Shown piece by piece: positions 54,989-64,000 of a DNA stretch of 64,000 nt. The notes beneath the pieces are model-generated. The model did no database searches. It was not told where the DNA came from and saw only the letters and a program-made list of their open reading frames with translations. Origin of the DNA: Eledone cirrhosa (taxonomy: Eukaryota); assembly GCA_964016885.1 (NCBI GenBank), contig OZ024741.1, forward strand, positions 181,908,001 to 181,972,000, written 5' to 3'. Position numbers and translations under genes: made by a program. Numbering within the stretch: position 1 is the stretch's first letter; every line of letters begins with the position of its first letter.

Positions 54989-55851
54989 TGTATACACACA
55001 CCGTGTGTATGTATAATGAAGGATTGTACGTGTGCGTGTAATGTAGCGTTGCAACGTCATAATTAAAAAAAACGCCGTCTCGTCGTATCCTTTGTAACAA
55101 CCCCCCCCCCCCTTTTTAAATCTTAATATAAATGTTCTCTCTTTCTCTCCCTGTCTCCTCTCTCTCTCTCTCTCTTGGCGTGTATCTTTCTCTCCCTCTC
55201 TTTCTTGAAGTCTATCTTTCTCTCCTCCCCTATCTCTCATGACGTGTATCGCTCTCTTACTCTATTTCCGTCTCTAGGACTTTCACCCTCGTTTTGTTTC
55301 ATCTCTTTCCCTCACATATTATATCATCTCTCTTTTCCCTTTCTTTCTTTCTCCCATCATTCCTCTTTCCTATCTTTCTCTCACCCTATCTCTCTCGCCC
55401 TTTCTCTCTCCCATCCCCTTTTCTTTCATCCCATTTCTCTCTTTTTCTTCCTCTTTCCCACTCATTCATTCTTTCTCTACGGAAACAAAATGACTGTATC
55501 CTTTAATTTATATTAGCAAATATATGCAATTGAATTTAAATATATTGCTTGCTTTATAAAGCAAAACAATTTTTACTATTTTTTGTCCGTTTATGTAAGG
55601 ATATATATACATAATTTTGCGAGTGTTTCTTCTCTAATTTCTGAATGCAATCCAGACATACACAGGGACAAATGTTCTTTATATTATAGATATAAGATAT
55701 ATATAGTACTTAAGACATATATTTTAAGATCCATAAGATCCACCATCTTATGGTCTCGTTAAATGGTTGAATGCATGATGCTGAATTTGTATTGAGACAT
55801 ATATATTCGCACATATACTACACACACACACACATACATACATACATACAT

Positions 55852-55942
<91 letters not shown>

Positions 55943-56100
55943 ATGTGTGTGTGTGTGTGTGTGTAAAATGTCAACAGAAATAACAAAACAAACAGCACAG
56001 TACATAGAAGGTATATATTAGTTTAACACTTGAAATAGCAGGAAGAGGTCTTAAATTTCCCGACGCTTGTCTTTCATCAGAAGAAATAATGAGAATATAC

Positions 56101-56138
<38 letters not shown>

Positions 56139-56150
56139 ATATATACATAT

Positions 56151-56950
56151 ATATATGAAAAATATGGAAACATGGCGTCCTGCGTGGTTGCAAATGGGTT
56201 ACATATGAATAAATTTAGTCCTTCATCAGTGATCTTCCAGCCTTCATTAGTATTTCATCGCTTTAAAGACCATACACCTCTGGCTGGTGCGAGCAACGGC
56301 TAAAGAACGTCGTAGGAACACGTAAATAGGGGGAACGAGCGAGACAGTAAACAAACAAAGATGGTAATGCAACGAAAAGTGAATACCAATGAAGGCTGGA
56401 AGATCACTGATTAAGGACTAAATTTATTCATATGTAACCCATTTGCAACCACGCAGGACGCCATGTTTTCATATTTTTCATATATATTTTCCTCCGCTGT
56501 GACCCGTCTGTTTCTTTCTTACTGCTTCCCCTTTTCTCTGTATCTCTCACTTCCTTTTACCCCCTCTACCAGTCACTCTCTCTGTTAGCCTCTTCCTCAC
56601 ACTTTCACTCACTCACTCTCTGCTACTCCCTCTCCTACTTCCTCCCGTTTGACCTGTGCGAGATTCTTTCGTCACTCACACTTCGACCAGATCGGATGGT
56701 CTTTATTCTCTCGTCTACGATTTCACAGAACTTATGTTCATCGATTTCAGGGACTTGACTCCTTCTTCCTCACTTTTCGTTGCATTACCATCTTTGTTTG
56801 TTTACTGTCTCGCTCGTTCCCCCTATTTACGTGTCCCAACGACTTTCTTTAGCCGTTGCTCGCACTAGCCAGAGGTATATGGTCTTTAAAGCGATGAAAT
56901 ACCAGTGAAGGCTGGAAGATCACTGATAAAGGACTAAATTTGTTCATATT
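56151..56950. mobile_element. Inverted plus partial-tandem pLTR-like insertion (left arm 56151-56381; right short arm 56383-56486; second direct copy ~56770-56950)
   Basis: Inverted and direct repeats read directly; related fragment at ~955-1030. Confidence 0.8.
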
Positions 56951-56954
56951 TATT

Positions 56955-57225
56955 TGACCTTTGAGGTCAAATACCAACCCTACTACCATCTACAAACTGA
57001 CCAATGAGAATCATGACTATTCCTGCTGACAACATTAAATTATTCCTAACAACCTCATATGTCCCAAGGCTCTGATACCATCAACACTATAAACACAGAG
57101 CTGGCATATCTAAGAACTGCCTAACTGCCTGATGAGGCCATATCCATTCAATGGCTATCATCGAAATTTATATAGCAGTAAATAAAGGATTATGAGTTCA
57201 TGCGATTGACTTATGTTTCGTCACT
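56955..57225 (+). mobile_element. Solo pLTR with HHR (57124-57179), near-identical to ~18993-19258
   Basis: ACTGC-CTGATGA-stem II-GAAA-TTTATA-TA-GCAGT. Confidence 0.85.
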
Positions 57226-57243
57226 ATATATATATATATATAT

Positions 57244-57434
57244 AACAAAGGAATTGTGGTAAGGAACCAGATGGACCATAACGCACCAGAGTACTCAATA
57301 CTTAGAGTAGTAGAGTGGGAATTAGGAAAAAGTATGACCCCGACGGCAGAGCTCAAGCCGTTTCGACGGCTATTTCTGGACTAGAAATAGCCGTCGAAAC
57401 GGCTTGAGGTCTCCCGTCGGGGGTCATACTTTTT

Positions 57435-57437
<3 letters not shown>
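57244..57437. mobile_element. Family H mini fold-back, copy 4 (tail left)
   Basis: Centre GACGGCTATTTC-TGGACTA-GAAATAGCCGTC. Confidence 0.85.
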
Positions 57438-57470
<33 letters not shown>

Positions 57471-57477
<7 letters not shown>

Positions 57478-57882
57478 TAAAAGGAATTCCAACTTTGTCT
57501 GATTTACTCGTTTTATTTACAATCCTTTAAAATTATAATGGTATTAGAATGAAATAGTATGGTAGAATATTAAATGTTAAGTGTTAATTGAACAAGTAAT
57601 TTCATGCTTTCGCAATCTTCAGGTTCATATTCTGTGGTGACAGTCAAGTTTGCAATTTTCAACTGAAAATTGCAAACTTGACTGTCACCACAGAATATGA
57701 ACCTGAAGATTGCGAAAGCATGAAATTACTTGTTCAATTAACACTTAACATTTAATATTCTACCATACTATTTCATTCTAATACCATTATAATTTTAAAG
57801 GATTGTAAATAAAACGAGTAAATCAGACAAAGTTGGAATTCCTTTTATCAATATAATCTTCTATACACAATCATACACACCC

Positions 57883-57886
<4 letters not shown>
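57471..57886. mobile_element. Fold-back pLTR (arms ~57471-57661 and ~57664-57854, short tail) with HHR 57698-57736
   Basis: ~190-bp near-perfect palindrome; TGAAC-CTGAAGA-TTGC(GAAA)GCAT-GAAA-TTAC-TT-GTTCA. Confidence 0.88.
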
Positions 57887-57925
<39 letters not shown>

Positions 57926-59000
57926 TATATGCACGTAAGCATGACATCTAGCCCCATCTCTGTAGAACGTTTGACAAAAACAACTTGAAGTATTTAGTTA
58001 CAACCATTCATATATTCAAATACCGTCGAAACAAATTTTACATTACATCATTCTAGGATCTATCAAATAAAGTACCAATAATGTATTAGTGTCTATTTAT
58101 TTGGCTATGGCCTCCACTGGATCAATGTTATAAATCAGCATTTGAACTAAATATGAATTTTAACAGTCATAAAATTTACCTATATCAAATAGTGTACATA
58201 TGTGATCATATATGTTTAATAAACAATCGATGAGATTGGAACCTATGAATGCTATTAGTTTACAACATAGAAGATTTTCCATAGCCTATACCTACCACAC
58301 CTTATCGATTGCACTAATTTGTCTTCTTTATTTGCTGAGCAATTTTAACACATCTAATATGAGCAGACTCATAGATTCAGCAATAACTTATTGACACACG
58401 TAAGCAAATAAATATATAGCTGAATAAATAGATAAATACGTAATAAGTAAATTCATAAAAGTAATGATATATACGTAAAACATGAAATAAATACTAAAGA
58501 CAAAAACATCACAATCAATACTAGAAATAGAGGTGGCGTTGCCAAGAAATATCTAAATGGAACATTAATAAAGGAAACAGCAATGACGTATAAATCAAAT
58601 GGATGAAAGAGAGTTTAAACAAGAAGGTGCGAGAACATTTAATAGTATATAGGTGTCAAAATCATTATAGACGTCTTGCTTATATTTTCTTACATTAATA
58701 TTTGCCAAGGAAAATCTTGCAAAATTGCATCCGTCAGCCTACAATACGTGTAAATATTTCAAAGACCAAAGGGATTTTTTCTTTAATACGTTTCCCCGTC
58801 TTTTTTCATTAATGACAAATCAATTTGTTATTTTCTATTTCGCCACTTGTATATAATTGTTAATATATATTTATGGGACGGAGACGTTTATAATATTTAT
58901 TGTGTATCCTATTAAAAGCTTAACGATTTATCGAAACTTTTGGATGATTCGAAATTTGGAACCGTTGAAATCCAAATACACAGTCACTGGAATAATAATT

Positions 59001-59144
59001 GTTTCTACTCTTGGTCCAAGATCAGCAATTACCCTAGTACATTACTGGTGCTTTATTTTACCGACCCCGCAAGGATGAAAGGCAAAGTTAACCTCGGCGG
59101 GATTTGAACTTAGACCTTAAAAGGCCGTAATTCTATGCTGCAAA
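59001..59144 (-). mobile_element. tRNA-derived SINE (partial)
   Basis: Colinear with 41567-41746. Confidence 0.75.
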
Positions 59145-59634
59145 GTAGACCGTAAAGAGACTTGAACATAGGGGAAAATACCCTTAGACATAGAAAAATA
59201 AGTGGTCATGTGCTACTAAAGAGAATCGTACTCTGTATCTCTTGAATTCTGACTAAGCGCGTTAACCACTAAGTTAAATGGTAGCTGACAACATTTGCTG
59301 TGCAAATTACAAACTGTATATAATAATTTTATTGAAGCGTTTAGTTGATTTAAAGTTTGGAAACGATTAAATCCAAACACGCAGTCGCTAATGATCACTT
59401 ATTTTTCTCTCTTCTAATGGTATTATTACTGTAGCGACGTTTCAGCGAAGAGGTTTACGTGATTGTTCGGAATTCGAGAGATACAGAGTTTGATTTTCGG
59501 TAATGGCTGCTAGTCTCTTATTTTTCTGTCTCTCGGGAGATATTCCCCATATTTTCTAACTCTATTATGTTTATAGTAACTGTATATTTGGATTTCAACG
59601 TTTCCAAAATTCATATATATATATATATATATAT

Positions 59635-61474
59635 AACTATCTTACTCTACTACTATGAACATAGCACAAAATATAAATAGAATCAATAATAGAAATTTAA
59701 ACCCTAACCTAAATAACCAAAATACCAGTAATATCTCTAGCAATATCCAACATAATAGTACCGTTCTGAATAACAACAACTCCGCAAAATGTAACTGTAG
59801 AATTAAATTAAACTGTCCTTTACAAAATAAGTGTTTAGATAAGGACGTGGTCTATAAATGTACAGTCAAAATATATTTAACTATGTAGGTGCAACTTCTA
59901 CAGAATTTAAAAGTCGCTGGAATAATCACAAATGCTCTTTCCAAAGATTTGATAAAAAATCTTCAACTTCTCTTTCAAACCTGATATGGAACTTAAAATG
60001 CAAAAATATGGACTATTCATTAACTTGGGAAATAATTATGTAAGCACCCGCCTACCGAAACACAGCTTTATCTAGATTCTGCAAATTGTGTGTTGAGGAA
60101 ATTTTTTTCATACTTAAATGTAAGAACTCTATTAATATAAGGACGAATTTATTTAGTTCTTGTAGACATCGCCTGAATTCAACATTTAGAACTATATATA
60201 AATTATAATTACACTTATAATATTTTTACTTATTTCCATAACAATCTTATCCACTTGGTTTTAATATATTGATATCTCTAAATCTATCTATAACATTTGC
60301 TATAATTTCATTTCTTAAAGTTTCATAAAATATATACATATATAATTCTAATTTTTTGAAATTTTAATTTTAATTTTAATTTTAATTTTAATTTTAATTG
60401 TAATTTTAATCTTAATAATTTTTAATTCTTTATTTTTTATTTCTTTAATTTTTTATCTATTTTTAAAAATTACTTATTTTTTAAAAATTATTTATCTCTT
60501 ATAAATTTTTTTATTTTTTTTAGATGTTTTCAATATCTTTTATTAGATTTATAAACACTAACTAATTCTGGGTAAATATATCTTTTAACATTTATATTTA
60601 TTTTGACAAAATAGTCTCATACTAACGAATAAATAAACAAAACTGGATTTTTTTCCGTATCTTCCCATTTTAAAATATATAAATATAAATATTCTTATTA
60701 ACTCAGTTAACTTAATTTAATTTAACTTAATATTTACTTACATTAAATACAAAACCAATATCCCTCATAACTCACTAAAACAATTATCTATAACACGATA
60801 TACCCATCCATTCATTTATTTATCTATTCATCTATTTATCTATTTATGTATTTATTTATATACCTATTTATTTAATTATTTTTTATCTATTTTTCTATCT
60901 ACTTATAACAGAAAATATTATATTAGAAAAGAATTTTAAACAAGTAATTAATCGTAAATACACGTGCTATTAGATATATACTTAGAATATATTTCCCCCA
61001 AATTAACGTTATATGAGTTTAATTCATCCTCTTGTTAATTTCTTCGCTCGATCTCTCTCGTAATATTTTTTATCTTTATCCACTTATTTTTTTCTCTCTC
61101 TCTTTCTCCAGTGTCATTTAAATAAACGGTTGTTTTTCAATTATTTACATAATCATTTGCATATTCACACATAAGTTTGAATAATCTCCAATATATTTCC
61201 ACTATCCAGTGAATTTCCAACCGATAAGGTATGATTTTCATGGGTATGTTTCTACTTATAAAACAAACTTTATATTTTAGCTGATGAAAGCGTACCAATG
61301 TTGTCTTGGTTACCCTTGAAATATATATAATAAAATAAATAAGGTCTTATAAATATAGTTTCCATTTATTCAATATCATTGAATACTTACTCCAGTAACT
61401 TGTTGAGTGCTCTAAATCAGTTATAAACATTTATGTTTGTCGGACTTCCAACAAATTAAATACCACTTCTACTT
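59635..61474 (+). mobile_element. 5'-truncated PLE: CxC-linker GIY-YIG remnant (59635-60200), ~1-kb AT-rich 3' region, HHR (61273-61337) and tail
   Basis: LSYSTT...CNCRIKLNCPL...VVYKC//NYVGAT...FKSRW...CKLCVEE...SCRH; CTGATGA at 61281, GAAA at 61318. Confidence 0.85.
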
Positions 61475-61482
61475 ATATATAT

Positions 61483-61552
<70 letters not shown>

Positions 61553-62726
61553 ATACTTGGGGAGGGTCATATTTGTGTAATATTGCCAGAATTAATAACA
61601 GAACACACTCACTGTTTGGTTGGTTTTCGCTTCTCGCTATCTTTTATAACTGCGATCTAACTTACTCGGTCCTCAATGTTGCCATGGACTGACCGACGGT
61701 CAAAAATAATACAGATACAATATGGACACAAACACATATATATAGTTTATATATATATATATAAGGAATACAGAGATTGCATACAGGAAAGAAGATAATT
61801 GAGGAGAGTGAACAAGATATATTGAATCAATATCCTTTCGACGGCTGTCTCTGAAAGAGGATCGGCGCAGTTTCGTACGCCAGAGGTGGGACCGCTACTC
61901 TGTGTCGAAATATTCATATATATATATATATGAAACTGTCTGTATGTGTTTATGTGCGGATGTGTATAGATGAGTGAACTTTTGTGTTTAGAAACATGAC
62001 GAGGAGTACTAAATACCTAAATTATAGTGATTATCAAACTGTTCTTGTTTTCTTTTGTATATAATTTATATACAAAAGTCTATATGATGTATTGAGATGT
62101 AAAATCTCGTATCTTTGAGTTATAACTTTCTGTTTATTGAAACAAATATTTTATACAATCTGAACTATGAAATATATGCTTATCGAAAAATCTTTGCGAA
62201 TATACATGACAGGTCAAAGTAACATAATGCAGCTCTTCCGTCTAAGGAGAAACACGATCGATTCTACTGATGACACACTGACCTCATAATACTTCTCTTG
62301 ACCCAGGTCAGAGACCTATAATGAAAAGTATTCCTGCAATTACTAGCCAATCTTGTTTATGCATACTTAATATATATGCATTATCACACGTGACCTTCCT
62401 TTATTCAGTAGTACATAGTTATTTGTAAATTGATTTGACCTCTATTTATTACAAGTTAACAATCTCTAGAAGCTTCGAATCCCGTTTCCTAACTGTTGAT
62501 AATCATTGCAACATATTTCAGTAAGAAACTTGTGAATCAATTGGACAAGTCATCGACAGAATTGTCAATTCGGATACAAAAACATTTACAGAAAACATTT
62601 TAATAGAAACTGTCATGATCAAATTTTAGCTGTAGTCCAGCATGTAATAACGGAAGCTTTTACATACATATTTTGATTCTTTTTGTTTTAACTAGTCAAG
62701 AAACTATCTTTAATGTGCTATATCAC

Positions 62727-63193
<467 letters not shown>

Positions 63194-63245
63194 CATACAT
63201 ATATCTATCTATCTCTATATATATCTATCTATCTATCTATCTATC

Positions 63246-63617
63246 AAATACCACTTTGGAAGAAGAATCAGGATGGAGAGAGAGGTGCTGTACCCCAGCA
63301 TGTTTTATGAGAGGTGGGTGAAAGTGGCGAGAATAGCCCGAGGGAATGGGCCTTCTCTCTATATCAGCCTGTAGGTTGAGGAAAAGCAGGAGGAGAGGAA
63401 AGGAGTACAAACTCTTCGTACTCCTGGAGATGAGGGTTGCACAATTTTTCGGGGGTATTTGTTGCCCTTATGAACTGTCTCCCCTATTGGGGAAAATCGA
63501 CTAATTTTTTAAATTGGATTTGTGATAATATTTTACACGTTTTTATTGTATGTAACTTCCTCCTTTGTATTTGTCCCCTTCTTTTGTGCCCCTGTGGCTA
63601 ATAAAGAAACATATCTA

Positions 63618-63620
<3 letters not shown>
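63246..63620 (+). mobile_element. 3' end of a Tx1-like LINE in (TATC)n
   Basis: Near-identical to the reverse complement of 26484-26850. Confidence 0.8.
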
Positions 63621-63705
<85 letters not shown>

Positions 63706-64000
63706 CATATATAATAAAAAGGATGAGGTGTTAGATCTTCTTTACATTTATTGAGGTATGACGCGTGTTTCGCGATTGATCAATTCAAGGCTCGATCTGT
63801 ATCGATCTGGTCCGACTCTGGAATCAAAAGCTCGTCGGACTTCTGTTATGGTATTGACAGAATCATTCCCTTACAATTTTAAACAAGTACATATCAGTTC
63901 TCATTCATTTATTGTGGTCAATTTTACTTCATTTTAATTGGTGGTTTTGCAAGAAGAAATATTTGGGTATGTGGGATAGATATATATATATACCTATATA

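Overview
AT-rich eukaryotic (animal) genomic DNA, saturated with (TA)n/(CA)n/(GA)n/(TAGA)n microsatellites and transposon remnants. The SINE types and microsatellite load suggest a cephalopod such as Octopus (inference). No confidently identifiable host gene; at most a candidate two-exon fragment near 12.5-13.0 kb. The dominant content is Penelope-like elements (PLEs): one near-intact 752-aa RT + GIY-YIG ORF (7292-9550, minus), about seven truncated GIY-YIG copies from divergent families, and about 16 fold-back (palindromic) pseudo-LTR insertions, almost all in (TA)n tracts. Most of these carry minimal type-I hammerhead ribozymes (HHR) on both strands. Two recurrent rules are visible across unrelated families: the inversion point often falls in HHR stem II, and the tail-less inverted arm stops just before a shared (T/A/C)ACTC-n7-17-GAGT(G/A)C stem-loop. 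Also present: a Tx1/L1-like LINE inserted behind a (TATC)n-tailed LINE 3' end, two non-autonomous Helitrons and a decayed RepHel Helitron, tRNA-derived SINEs, a mariner MITE, and pogo, R4/Dong-like and CR1-group remnants. All structures were read by eye, so boundaries may be off by a few bases.
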